64,000 nt of DNA from an uncultured Hyphomicrobiales bacterium (GTDB lineage: Bacteria > Bacteroidota > Ignavibacteria > Kapaibacteriales > UBA2268), in assembly GCA_964498585.1 (NCBI GenBank), contig CAZCHH010000003.1, positions 9,333 through 73,332 on the forward strand, written 5' to 3'. How positions within the stretch are numbered: position 1 is the stretch's first letter; every line of letters starts with the position of its first letter. Below the pieces are notes generated by a model. It was given only the letters and a program-made list of their open reading frames with translations. It made no database searches and was not told the origin of the DNA. The translations under genes were made by a program, and so were the position numbers. This document shows, piece by piece, positions 18,825 to 28,575 of the stretch.

Positions 18825-19646
18825 ATGAAAAAAATACAAATATATACTATCATCTTTTGGATTGCATCTGCTATTTTGACCTTTGCTATTTCTTATTATC
18901 AGAAATTAACAGGTCCTACATATCCTGTTAATGCAGAAATTGAAATTAATGGTACTGAAGTAAAAAGCATTCTTCCACGCTCTCATCCCGGCGAGGGGGG
19001 GGCGGTCGTTAACGTGTATGCACCAAACAAATCAATTATAGCCGAAATGAAGTTCAAACGTTACAAAAGCTATGACGATTGGACAACGGTTGAACTTACT
19101 CGAACTGGAGATACATTATTTACTGAAATTCCTCATCAACCTCCTGCCGGAAAAGTTGAATATATTATTTATTTTACAGATGAAAACAATTTAAAAATTC
19201 CTTTTACTGAAAATCCGCTTATTATTCGCTTCCGAGGTGATGTTCCAGCTGTTTGGATGATTTCGCATATAGTTTTTATCTTTGCTGCATTTATGCTATC
19301 ATTTAGAACCGGCTTTGAAGCGTTTTTCTTACGCGATAATACTTATAAGCTAACGATTTATACTGTAGTATTCCTTATTCTTGGCGGTTTGATTTTCGGA
19401 CCAATTATGCAAAAATATGCTTTCGATGCTTTCTGGACTGGCTGGCCCTTCGGAAATGATTTAACTGACAATAAAACTTTTGTTGCTTTGATATTTTGGT
19501 TAATTGCCTTATGGAAGCTTCATAAAAACCGAAATAATACAAAATGGATTATTATTGCAACTATTGTGATGATTATTGTCTTTTTAATTCCTCATAGCAC
19601 TTTTGGTTCAGAAATTGATTATATAAAAATTGAGCAGGGAAAATAA
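18825..19646 (+). CDS. hypothetical integral membrane protein; contains a G8 homopolymer at 18995..19002
   Basis: N-terminal TM helix, an extracytoplasmic segment, then four predicted TM helices. It starts 3 nt after the peptidase gene. Confidence 0.6.
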   Translation: MKKIQIYTIIFWIASAILTFAISYYQKLTGPTYPVNAEIEINGTEVKSILPRSHPGEGGAVVNVYAPNKSIIAEMKFKRYKSYDDWTTVELTRTGDTLFTEIPHQPPAGKVEYIIYFTDENNLKIPFTENPLIIRFRGDVPAVWMISHIVFIFAAFMLSFRTGFEAFFLRDNTYKLTIYTVVFLILGGLIFGPIMQKYAFDAFWTGWPFGNDLTDNKTFVALIFWLIALWKLHKNRNNTKWIIIATIVMIIVFLIPHSTFGSEIDYIKIEQGK

Positions 19647-19742
19647 ATTTTTATTGGATTATAATACCTTGACATATGTCTGTTATTATGAATTCCATAA
19701 TAAAGAAAATATTTTATTTAAATGGAGATGATATAATTTTAT

Positions 19743-19845
19743 ACTGTCATTCTGAGCATCAGCTAAAAATCTACTCAACCATCGAATTAATCCGATAATT
19801 GATATAGAAATATAAGATTCCTCATTTCGTATCGGAATCACAAGA
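19743..19845. repeat. MITE-like repeat element (degenerate copy of the tgtcattctga...gaatcaca family)
   Basis: 'tgtcattctgagcatcagc...gattcctcatttcgtatcggaatcacaag' is related to the elements at 28787, 38481 and 49516. Confidence 0.6.
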
Positions 19846-19870
19846 AATCATCAACAGTAACCTATATTAT

Positions 19871-22800
19871 CTAATCCATCTGTAATAATTTATCAATTCT
19901 TTCCATAGTTTGCAAAGTAAATTCTAAAACGTTTATAACATTAATAAAATGCTGCAAATCACCAACAGTTAAAGAATGGTTTAGTTTTTTCCGCTCTGAA
20001 AGCCATTTTTCTAAAACCTGATAGCCACCAACTTTATATTCCCAAATCTCTTTAGGAACATTACTGAAATATCTGTTTTTATTGAAATAAATTCTATTGT
20101 TCTCATATTTTATTGAATCAACTTTAAAATTGTCGGTTTCACCTTCTGAGCGGCAATTCACAGAAACAGGGAATTTCTTTAAAAGATGAGCATTGATCAA
20201 TTCAGTCCCGATATTTGATAGTTCCAAAAACAATTCTTCATTATCAACAAAAGGAACACGCGGAAAATCTATTCTTAAAAATTCATTATATTTTTCTCTG
20301 AAATTTGGGCTGTGCAAAACTGCATAAATATAAGCAAATACCTGCTCCGGTGAATAAGCATTTTTATATTTATTTTTAATGAAATGCCTGAATTCCTTTG
20401 TAAAATTGTCCCTTTTTCCTTCCTGATTAAAAAGGAAATCGTTACCGTTAGAAATATAGTTTTTATCAATATATAAATACAGAGGAAAAAAATTAGTTGA
20501 TTCTTTTGTGAATCCAATATCACCAATAAATTCAGTTACAAAAATATGCTTCCATATATTTGTTTTTATTTGTCTTGGAATTGCAAGTGCAACAGAACCT
20601 TTTAAAATATGCTGCATAACATTAAACCTGTTAGTTCCTGGTTCAATAAAATCAAAATCGTAATATAAAAATCTTTTATCAAAAGGGCGATAATGATAAT
20701 CAATAATTTTTTCTTTGTTAAAATGCCCTTTTTCAAGAACCTTTTTTATTTTCCAATCTCTTGTATCATTTAAACCTAATTCTCTGTTTATTTCACTTTT
20801 ATCTAATTTCAAAAAAGTAGTAATTCTTTTTTCAATTAATTCTTTTTGCAGAGCTATTAAAAACTTGTCCCGATGAGTTTTTACTCCACTTGATTGAATT
20901 TTAAAAATTTCGTCAATTTTATAACCCTTTTTATATTCATCTCTATTAGTCCAATTCTTTTTTACAAAAAAATAAAATTCATCGTTAGGAAAAATTTGAT
21001 TCCATTTTACTGTTCTTAATGAATTGTTCCATAAAAACTCATATTTGCTTTTTTTAGTTCCAAATAAATCATAGTAATTAACAGTGGATTCATTGCTTTT
21101 ATTTGGATTCTTAATAAATAAAGAAATACAAACTCCCTGCATAATTTCAAAAACATTTTCATCTTTTGTTCCATCAGGAGATTTTTCACCGATTCTTGAA
21201 CTACCATGCAGGTTCATAATATAAATTTCATTAAACGTTTTCATCAACTCCAGTCTCATTCCTTTATGAATCAGACCATCAATATATGAATTATTTGATA
21301 TTATCCCTATTACACCGTTTTTTACATTTTCCATTTTCCAATGAGCAAAACGAATAAATTTAATGTAATCGTCTGAAAGTGGTTGAATATTCTTTTCATT
21401 TCTCACTGCTTCTTTATAAGTAATCATTTTTTCATCTGTAATAAAGCCGGCTTTGTTTTGACTGCTAACTGAGTAAGGAGGATTTCCAAGAATAACAAGA
21501 ATATCCTGATTCTTTATTCGGTTTGCTTCTTTACCTTCCTTCGAGAGGGCTGGCATAATTGGAAATGGCTGTGGCTCTTTATTTGTAAGTGTGTTTGTAA
21601 GAAAGATATTTATTCGTTTACTTTCGTCTAAAGAATAGCCAAGTTCTTTGATAAATTCAGTGATTTTTAATTGAGCAACGATATATGGAGCAACAAGTAA
21701 TTCAAATCCATAGAAATTATTAATTATTTGTTCATTTAATATTTTATTTACTGTTTGCCTGTCACCAAGCGTTTGTGCCTGTTCTAATGCAAGTTTGAAA
21801 GCGTTTAAAAGGAAAGTGCCGGTGCCTGTTGCAAAATCAAGCAAAGTAACTTTCTTATTGATTAAGCCATCGCTAAGTCCAAAAGTTACCTTTAAAATCT
21901 CTTCAATAGAACGAACGATAAAAGAAACTACCGGTTCAGGTGTATAATAAACACCTCGCAGTTCTCTTTGCGATTTGTCATAATTTGTAAGGAAATCTTC
22001 ATAAAAATAAATAAATGGGTCGTTGAATCCCTGGTCTTTGTTACGATAATCGGTAAATTCCTTTTTTATTGCAGTATAATCAGTTACTTTTAATATGTTA
22101 ATAATTTCATCTATTGCCCAGGTTATTTCTCTCGGAAAATCATCTAAACGATGGAATAATTCTTTAATTAAAGGAAAAGAATGGGGGAGAAGTGAAAATG
22201 CACTGCTTCTGTTAAGTTGTTTATGTGGTTCATCGCAGTTAAGTGCAGCTAAAAACAAAGAATATGTCAGTGTTTGAGCATAAATATCTGAAAAATATTG
22301 CGTTTCTAAAAGAGGAAGCAGCGATTCTTTGAACACTTCGTAAACTCCCTGCATAAGATTTGTTTCGTCTCTTTCCTTTTCCAATTCAATATAGCAGTAT
22401 TCCCTTAAAAAAGTAGCTTTTTCTGCAAGTTTAAAAGCAAGTGTTTCCACTTTGAAAATCGGCTCCGGCTCTGCTTCAAAAAATTGTTTTAAAAGCCGAG
22501 AAAGTTCTTCTGTTTTACTTTTTGCTAATTTTATTTCCTTTGATTTTAAATCTTCAACAGAGCAGAGTGTAGTATCAAAAACCACATCACCTTTTACAAG
22601 CAGGATAAAACGAAGATAATCAGTAAGAATAATATTATCGGAAAGTTGCTTATAACGTTCAATTTGCTCTGTATTAAGAGTTCTTTCCAAATCGGTGCCT
22701 AATTTTTTCGTTTCAAGCAAACCGATTGTTAATATATTTGGAGTAATTATTTTAAAATCGGGGCGCCCTTTTCCTTCAACCTGTGTTGGCTCGTGCTTAA

Positions 22801-22936
22801 TAATCAACTCACGGCTAATATTTTCACTTAAAAAACGATTAAGCATATTTTGCAAATATGTTCTGTATGAATGTTCCGAACTTTCACTATTCGAGACAAA
22901 CTCCTTTAATATACTATCAATGTATTCTTTAAACAT
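19871..22936 (-). CDS. single-polypeptide Type IIL/IIG restriction-modification enzyme (MmeI-like): N-terminal PD-(D/E)xK nuclease, gamma-class N6-adenine methyltransferase and C-terminal target-recognition region
   Basis: N-terminal 'GRPDFKII...LLETKK' (D..ExK), 'GVYYTPEPVVSFIV', motif I 'LLDFATGTGTFL' and motif IV 'LGNPPYSV'. At 1021 aa it is comparable to MmeI-family enzymes. Confidence 0.65.
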   Translation of the reverse strand: MFKEYIDSILKEFVSNSESSEHSYRTYLQNMLNRFLSENISRELIIKHEPTQVEGKGRPDFKIITPNILTIGLLETKKLGTDLERTLNTEQIERYKQLSDNIILTDYLRFILLVKGDVVFDTTLCSVEDLKSKEIKLAKSKTEELSRLLKQFFEAEPEPIFKVETLAFKLAEKATFLREYCYIELEKERDETNLMQGVYEVFKESLLPLLETQYFSDIYAQTLTYSLFLAALNCDEPHKQLNRSSAFSLLPHSFPLIKELFHRLDDFPREITWAIDEIINILKVTDYTAIKKEFTDYRNKDQGFNDPFIYFYEDFLTNYDKSQRELRGVYYTPEPVVSFIVRSIEEILKVTFGLSDGLINKKVTLLDFATGTGTFLLNAFKLALEQAQTLGDRQTVNKILNEQIINNFYGFELLVAPYIVAQLKITEFIKELGYSLDESKRINIFLTNTLTNKEPQPFPIMPALSKEGKEANRIKNQDILVILGNPPYSVSSQNKAGFITDEKMITYKEAVRNEKNIQPLSDDYIKFIRFAHWKMENVKNGVIGIISNNSYIDGLIHKGMRLELMKTFNEIYIMNLHGSSRIGEKSPDGTKDENVFEIMQGVCISLFIKNPNKSNESTVNYYDLFGTKKSKYEFLWNNSLRTVKWNQIFPNDEFYFFVKKNWTNRDEYKKGYKIDEIFKIQSSGVKTHRDKFLIALQKELIEKRITTFLKLDKSEINRELGLNDTRDWKIKKVLEKGHFNKEKIIDYHYRPFDKRFLYYDFDFIEPGTNRFNVMQHILKGSVALAIPRQIKTNIWKHIFVTEFIGDIGFTKESTNFFPLYLYIDKNYISNGNDFLFNQEGKRDNFTKEFRHFIKNKYKNAYSPEQVFAYIYAVLHSPNFREKYNEFLRIDFPRVPFVDNEELFLELSNIGTELINAHLLKKFPVSVNCRSEGETDNFKVDSIKYENNRIYFNKNRYFSNVPKEIWEYKVGGYQVLEKWLSERKKLNHSLTVGDLQHFINVINVLEFTLQTMERIDKLLQMD

Positions 22937-23052
22937 AGATTATTTTTTACTCAACTTTCATTGTTAATAAAATATAATAAATATAAAGTAGTAGTGCATT
23001 ACAAATAAGAATATGGATTAAAATTCTTAGAAAATACTACTTTAATTAATAA

Positions 23053-23154
23053 AACTTTTTACACCTCCCCTGCCCCTCCTTTTTAGGAGGGGAATAAGAA
23101 CTGTACTGATTTTAAGCGTTCCCCTCCTACCAAGTAGGGGCAGGGGAGGTGTAT
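23053..23154. repeat. GC-rich ~100-bp palindromic element, copy 2
   Basis: 'cacctcccctgcccctcctttttaggaggggaataagaactgtactgattttaagcgttcccctcctaccaagtaggggcaggggaggtg' has a 16-bp outer stem and shares its central sequence with copy 1. Confidence 0.8.
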
Positions 23155-23200
23155 TTTATGCTTTTTATACCAAACCACTAACAATAATGGCAGTATAATC

Positions 23201-23300
23201 TGTCATTCTGAAGCGTAGCGAAGAATCTCACAAGTCATTGCTAATATAGGACTTGATTCTCAGTCATGCTATCAACAAGTTGTTCGCATGACTTAAAATA
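23201..23300. repeat. MITE-like repeat element (tgtcattctgaagcgtagcgaagaatctcacaagtcattg... plus the 'caacaagttgttcgcatgac' palindrome)
   Basis: Shares TIR and core sequence with elements at 28787, 38481, 42300, 58860, 61080 and 63700. The 'caacaagttgttcg(c/t)atgac' part recurs at 54420..54445. Confidence 0.7.
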
Positions 23301-23311
23301 TCTTCACTTTT

Positions 23312-24322
23312 TTAAAACTGCACAAATCCCAATTTCTTATACACTTTTCTTAATGTTTTAAAAGCACGTTTTCTTGCTTTTTCTGCACCGGCAGTTAAAA
23401 GTTCCTCTAAATACTTTTTATTATTCATCAAATCAAGATATTTTTCTCTGATTGGCTTAACGTATTCGGCAACGGCATCAGCAACCTCACTTTTGAATAC
23501 GCCATAGCCCTTACCAGCAAATTCCTTTTCAATATCCTCAAAACTCATTTCTTTTGCAATGTGATAAAGCGTCATTAAATTTGAAATGCCCTGCTTTTCT
23601 TCAGACATTTTTACTTCGGAGCCGGAATCGGTTACAGCACGCTTGATTTTGCTTTTTATTTCCTCATCGGTATCGGAAAGGAAAATTGTTGCCTTGTCGT
23701 TATCATCGGATTTCGACATTTTTTTGTTTGGTTCCTGCAAACTCATAATCCTTGCACCGACAGGGGCAATATATGGCTCTGGAACTTTAAAAGTATCGGA
23801 ATAATGGAAATTGAAACGTTGAGCTAAGTTACGGGTTAATTCGAGATGTTGCTTTTGGTCTTCGCCAACCGGCACCAAATCTGCCTGATAGAGCAAAATA
23901 TCGGCTGCCATCAAAACCGGATAGGCAAAAAGTCCAACGTTTATGTTTTCTGCGTGCTGGGCAGATTTATCTTTAAACTGCGTCATTCGGCTACATTCAC
24001 CCATACCGGTAAAGCAATTAAGTACCCATGCAAGCTGGGTGTGCATCGGAACAAATGACTGTATAAATAATGTGCTGATATTTGGGTCAACACCGCAAGC
24101 GATAAAAAGGGCAGCAGTTTCAAGGGTTCTTCGCCTTAATTCTGCCGGATTTTGCTTAACAGTAATTGCGTGTAAATCGACAATAGTGTAAAAACATTCA
24201 TATTCTTGCTGTAGTTTAGCCCAGTTTTTTATTGCTCCCGTTAAATGTCCGATGTGCAGTTTTCCAGAGGGCTGTATTCCACTTAAAATTACTTTTTTTT
24301 CAATTTGATTTTTCTCTTCCAT
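23312..24322 (-). CDS. trpS: tryptophan--tRNA ligase
   Basis: 'GIQPSGKLHIGHLTGAI' (HIGH) and 'KMSKSDDN' (KMSKS). The ORF extends to 24358, but Met13 (MEEKNQIEKKVILSGIQPSG) gives the canonical N-terminus. Confidence 0.85.
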   Translation of the reverse strand: MEEKNQIEKKVILSGIQPSGKLHIGHLTGAIKNWAKLQQEYECFYTIVDLHAITVKQNPAELRRRTLETAALFIACGVDPNISTLFIQSFVPMHTQLAWVLNCFTGMGECSRMTQFKDKSAQHAENINVGLFAYPVLMAADILLYQADLVPVGEDQKQHLELTRNLAQRFNFHYSDTFKVPEPYIAPVGARIMSLQEPNKKMSKSDDNDKATIFLSDTDEEIKSKIKRAVTDSGSEVKMSEEKQGISNLMTLYHIAKEMSFEDIEKEFAGKGYGVFKSEVADAVAEYVKPIREKYLDLMNNKKYLEELLTAGAEKARKRAFKTLRKVYKKLGFVQF

Positions 24323-24418
24323 ATCTTTTCTTATTTTTGTTAAATTAATTCTTTGCAAATTAAATTTTTTATAGTTAATTTCAAAAATTATAGTAATTAT
24401 AATTTAAAAAATACTGAT

Positions 24419-25243
24419 ATGAAAGAAAATATTATAAATTGTTTGGATAAAGGTTTTGTCAGGTTGGTGGACTCAATGGGTAATGACAGCTCAATTGTGC
24501 AGGCAGCCCGCGTTTCTTATGGAGAGGGAACAAAAACGAAGCGTGAGGACCGCGAGCTAATCCGCTATTTGATGAGACACCGCCATACTTCACCTTTTGA
24601 GATGGTAGAGTTTAAATTCCACGTTAAGCTGCCAATCTTTGTAGCACGCCAGTGGATTCGCCACAGAACTGCTAATGTAAATGAATATAGTGGCAGATAT
24701 TCAGAAATGAAAGACGATTTCTATATTCCCGAACCAGAGCAGGTGCGGATTCAAAGTTTGTATAACCACCAGGCAAGAGGCGAAGAGCAGATTTCAGCAG
24801 AAAAAACACTGGAAATCATTGAAACATTGGAAAACAGCCAGAAAAAACTATTTGCGGAATATCAGGATTTTCTTTCTCTAAATCTTGCACGTGAGCTTGC
24901 AAGGATTAATCTGCCGCTTGCAACATATACGGAATGGTATTGGAAAATCGACCTGCACAATTTATTTCATTTCCTTAAATTAAGATTAGATGCAACTGCT
25001 CAGTATGAAATTCGCGTTTATGGCGAGGCTATTTGCAAGCTAATCAAACCAATAGTCCCTACGGCTTTTGAAGCATTTGAAGATTTCATTTTAAATTCAA
25101 TGAATTTTTCCTCGCAGGAATTAAATGCTATAAAAAATGCAATTTCCTTTGAAAAACTTGATGATGAAGCTTTAAAATCAATTGGCTTTACAAACAGAGA
25201 AATATTGGAATTCAAAGAGAAAATAACAGTTTTACAAAAATAA
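24419..25243 (+). CDS. thyX: FAD-dependent thymidylate synthase
   Basis: ThyX motif 'RHRHTSPFEMVEFKFHVKLPIFVARQWIRHR'. The ORF could start at 24353, but that start overlaps trpS on the opposite strand, so the Met at 24419 is preferred. Confidence 0.85.
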   Translation: MKENIINCLDKGFVRLVDSMGNDSSIVQAARVSYGEGTKTKREDRELIRYLMRHRHTSPFEMVEFKFHVKLPIFVARQWIRHRTANVNEYSGRYSEMKDDFYIPEPEQVRIQSLYNHQARGEEQISAEKTLEIIETLENSQKKLFAEYQDFLSLNLARELARINLPLATYTEWYWKIDLHNLFHFLKLRLDATAQYEIRVYGEAICKLIKPIVPTAFEAFEDFILNSMNFSSQELNAIKNAISFEKLDDEALKSIGFTNREILEFKEKITVLQK

Positions 25244-25266
25244 TTTTAAATTTATCGGAGAAAATA

Positions 25267-25980
25267 ATGAAAGCAAAGATACTTTCAATTCTAATTCTAA
25301 TTTTTGCAGTAACCTATGCAAATTCACAAACTGCTGAAATGATTATCGGCAAGGCAATCAACGCTATTGGAGGCGAAAAATCCTTTAAAAATATTAATTC
25401 TGTTGAATATAATATGACTTTAACAGGTATGGGACAGGAAATGCCTATGAAATTCTATAAAAAAGGTGAAGATAAATTTCGTTTAGAGATGAACTATATG
25501 GGACAAGAAATGATTTCTGTCTTTAATGGAAAATCTGGTTGGACTAAAACTGCTGGAAATGTAATAGAAGTTCCTGAAGTTGCTTTAAATGAGTATAAAG
25601 AACAGTTAAAATCTCAAGTCGCAGCTTTTGATATGCCTTTTCTTAATTATAAGGAAAAAAATATTACCTTTGAATTAATTGGGGAAGAGCCAGTAAATGG
25701 CATAGATGCTTATAAAATTGAAGCTACTTCCGCTGATGGCAATTCTACTCTATATATTGAGAAAGCTACTAATTTACTAATTAAAGCTACTTCAGTTCAA
25801 AACATTAACGGACAAAATATTGAAGCTGATGTATATATGTCTGACTATAAATCAGTTGGTTCATTAAAAATGCCTCATAAAATTGAATTAAAAAGCAATG
25901 GCGAAAATTTAGTTAATATTGTATTAACTTCTTTAAAAATCAACGAAAATATTGATGACAGTTTGTTTCAAAAGCCATAA
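25267..25980 (+). CDS. secreted hypothetical protein (paralog A; same family as 27835..28575)
   Basis: Signal peptide 'ILILIFAVTYANSQTA'. The N-terminus and the C-terminus ('LKINENIDDSLFQKP') are near-identical to the paralog downstream of the E2 gene. Confidence 0.65.
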   Translation: MKAKILSILILIFAVTYANSQTAEMIIGKAINAIGGEKSFKNINSVEYNMTLTGMGQEMPMKFYKKGEDKFRLEMNYMGQEMISVFNGKSGWTKTAGNVIEVPEVALNEYKEQLKSQVAAFDMPFLNYKEKNITFELIGEEPVNGIDAYKIEATSADGNSTLYIEKATNLLIKATSVQNINGQNIEADVYMSDYKSVGSLKMPHKIELKSNGENLVNIVLTSLKINENIDDSLFQKP

Positions 25981-25994
25981 TTTGTGGAGTTATT

Positions 25995-27617
25995 ATGAAA
26001 ATTGATGTTGTTATGCCAAAAATGGGCGAATCTCTTCAGGAAGGCACTATTATTCGCTGGCTCAAAAATGTCGGTGATAAAGTGGAACGCGATGAAATGA
26101 TTCTCGAAATCTCTACCGATAAAGTTGACACTGAAGTTCCTTCCCCGGTAACTGGGGTAATTACTAAAATCCTTGCTCAAGAGCAGGAAACTGTTGAAGT
26201 CGGAAAAGTTATTGCAGAAATTGGAACTGATGCCGAAAATGCCGTTGTTGAAAAAACTGCTGAAGTCCCAAAGGAAATTATATCGGAAGCACAGCCAGTA
26301 AAACGGACAGAATCCGCTTCTTTATCTGCTGAAAATACAATAGAAGTTGTTATGCCAAAAATGGGCGAATCTCTTCAGGAAGGCACTATTATCCGCTGGC
26401 TAAAGCAAGTGGGCGACAAGGTAGAACGCGATGAGATGATTCTCGAAATTTCTACTGACAAAGTGGATACTGAAGTTCCAGCACCTGCCGGCGGAATACT
26501 TGTTGAAATTCTTGCTCAGGAAAAAGAAATAATCGAAGTAGGAAAAGTAATTGCAAGAATTGCAACTGGTGATACTCCTGCTATTTCTCAAACTGCTGTA
26601 TCTGAGCAAAAGGCAGTTGAGGAGCAAACTACTGAAATACCAGCAAGTTCCGGCAACAGGTTCTATTCGCCGCTTGTTCGTTCTATTGCTTCAAGCGAAG
26701 GAATTACCCTTGAAGAGCTTAATATGATTCAAGGCAGCGGTGCAGACGGCAGGGTAAACAAACAGGATTTGCTCAGTTTTATAGAACAAAAGAAGCAAAA
26801 ATTTTCTATTACTCCCCAGCCACCGAAATCGGTTGTTAAGCCGGAACCAGCCCAGCCGGTTAAAGTTATTAAGCCAGCAATTTCTCCTGTTCCACTTGGC
26901 GAAGATAAAGTAATTATTCCGATGGACAGGATCCGGCAAATCATTGCTGAACATATGATTTTCTCTAAAAAAACTTCTGCCCACGTTACAAGCGTTGCTG
27001 AAGCAGACGTTACTAATATTGTAAAATTCAGAGAAAGTTACAAAGACGAATTTCAAAAGCAGGAAGGATTCAAACTCACTTATACTGCTTTCTTTTCCAA
27101 AGCATTGATTGACGGAGTTAAGCAATTTCCAATGGTAAATGTAAGCGTTGAAGAAAAAAATATAATCCTTCACAAACGCATTCATCTGGGTTTTGCTACT
27201 GCTCTTGAGGACGGCAATTTAATTGTTCCGGTAATCAAAAATGCAGATAGCTTAAATTTAAGTGGCATAGCACGTTCAATATTCGATTTATCAAGCCGTG
27301 CAAGAAGCAAAAAGCTAAATCCCGACGACATTCAAGGCGGAACAATAACACTAACAAACGTTGGCACTTTCGGAACACTATTCGGAACACCGGTAATTAA
27401 TCAGCCGCAGTGCGCTATAATTGGAGTTGGTGCTATTCAAAAGCGTCCTGTAGTCCGCGAATTCAACGGTGAGCATCTGGTCGTTGTTCGCGATATGCTA
27501 TACGTTTCTATAACTTATGACCACAGGGTAATTGACGGTATGTTAGCCGGTCAATGCCTTGCTGCAATTACAAGAAATTTAGAAAGTATGAATCCGGAAA
27601 AAGAATTCGGTATGTAA
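25995..27617 (+). CDS. 2-oxo-acid dehydrogenase complex E2 component (dihydrolipoamide acyltransferase) with two tandem lipoyl domains
   Basis: Duplicated 'VVMPKMGESLQEGTIIRWLK.VGDKVERDEMILEISTDKVDTEVP' lipoyl domains, a peripheral subunit-binding domain 'SPLVRSIASSEGITLEEL...GSGADGRVNKQDL' and a catalytic 'DHRVIDG'. Confidence 0.9.
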   Translation: MKIDVVMPKMGESLQEGTIIRWLKNVGDKVERDEMILEISTDKVDTEVPSPVTGVITKILAQEQETVEVGKVIAEIGTDAENAVVEKTAEVPKEIISEAQPVKRTESASLSAENTIEVVMPKMGESLQEGTIIRWLKQVGDKVERDEMILEISTDKVDTEVPAPAGGILVEILAQEKEIIEVGKVIARIATGDTPAISQTAVSEQKAVEEQTTEIPASSGNRFYSPLVRSIASSEGITLEELNMIQGSGADGRVNKQDLLSFIEQKKQKFSITPQPPKSVVKPEPAQPVKVIKPAISPVPLGEDKVIIPMDRIRQIIAEHMIFSKKTSAHVTSVAEADVTNIVKFRESYKDEFQKQEGFKLTYTAFFSKALIDGVKQFPMVNVSVEEKNIILHKRIHLGFATALEDGNLIVPVIKNADSLNLSGIARSIFDLSSRARSKKLNPDDIQGGTITLTNVGTFGTLFGTPVINQPQCAIIGVGAIQKRPVVREFNGEHLVVVRDMLYVSITYDHRVIDGMLAGQCLAAITRNLESMNPEKEFGM

Positions 27618-27636
27618 ATTTTAATACTTTTTAAAA

Positions 27637-27672
27637 CTCCTTCTTAAGTTGCACTTGGGAAGGAGTTTTTTT
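27637..27672 (+). terminator. rho-independent terminator after the E2 gene (ctccttcttaagttgcacttgggaaggag plus T7); a second perfect 12-bp-stem hairpin lies at 27683..27714
   Basis: Inverted repeat followed by 'ttttttt', 20 nt after the stop. The second hairpin 'gaaggactccactttccccggtggagtccttc' has a T-run on the opposite strand. Confidence 0.65.
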
Positions 27673-27834
27673 ATGTAGAAAAGAAGGACTCCACTTTCCC
27701 CGGTGGAGTCCTTCTGCGAAATATAGCAACGTAGTTGCAACCTGTTTGTAAAAAAATATCTTGTTGAAAGAAAGCGATTACACCTAATTTTTTTCTGATT
27801 ACTAAATAAAATTTAAAATAATTTGAGGAACTAA

Positions 27835-28575
27835 ATGAAAAATTTTCTATCATTAATATTTCTAATTTTTGCAGTAACTTATGCAAATTCACAAACCGCT
27901 GATTCAATTATAAGCAAAGCAATAGACGCTATTGGAGGTGAAAACGCTTTGAAAAATATTAATACCATAGAATATAATATGACTTTAACAGGTAAGGGAA
28001 TAGATATGTCTATGATATATATTAAAAAAGCAAATGATAAAATTCGTGTAGAAATTAATACTGATGATGAGAATGTGATTTTTATTATGAATGGAAAAAC
28101 TGGTTGGCTTATTAATTCTGATAAAGTAGATGAAGTAGATGAAGATGATTTAGACGAGCTAAAAAAGCAATATGAAAATCTTATTGGAGTTTTTAATACA
28201 TACGATTACATTAATAAAGAAAAAAATACTACTTTTAAATTAATAGAAGAAGAGCAGGTTAATGGAATAGCTACATATAAGATAGAAGCTACTACTCCAG
28301 ATATAGATTATACTCTATATATTGATAAAGTTACATTTCTGCTTGTTAAAATGAGTACAGTTCGATATATTCATCAACATTTTGATGATAATAATTTTAA
28401 AGAACCAAATTTTTTCGATTTATACTTCTCTGATTATAAATCAGTTGGTTTAATCAAAATGCCTCATAAAGTAGAACAAAAAATAAATGTAGGTGTAGAA
28501 TTAATAACTAATTATGTTTTAAAAAATTTAAAAATTAATGAAAACATTGATGACAGTTTGTTTCAAAAGCCATAA
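27835..28575 (+). CDS. secreted hypothetical protein (paralog B)
   Basis: Signal peptide 'IFLIFAVTYANSQTA' and shared 'EYNMTLTG', 'YKIEAT' and 'LKINENIDDSLFQKP' segments with 25267..25980. Confidence 0.65.
   Translation: MKNFLSLIFLIFAVTYANSQTADSIISKAIDAIGGENALKNINTIEYNMTLTGKGIDMSMIYIKKANDKIRVEINTDDENVIFIMNGKTGWLINSDKVDEVDEDDLDELKKQYENLIGVFNTYDYINKEKNTTFKLIEEEQVNGIATYKIEATTPDIDYTLYIDKVTFLLVKMSTVRYIHQHFDDNNFKEPNFFDLYFSDYKSVGLIKMPHKVEQKINVGVELITNYVLKNLKINENIDDSLFQKP

Noticed and set aside
24353-24418. Upstream extension of thyX (MQIKFFIVNFKNYSNYNLKNTD)
   Set aside because: It overlaps the trpS 5' end on the opposite strand, has low-complexity sequence, and the ThyX family begins near the second Met.
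26691-27185. 164-aa minus-strand ORF, plus other antisense ORFs such as 2044..2268, 26400..26627, 12274..12477 and 53074..53289
   Set aside because: They are antisense to well-supported conserved genes (E2, glgP, the oxidase, the methyltransferase). They have low-complexity composition and no independent motif support. They are shadow ORFs.
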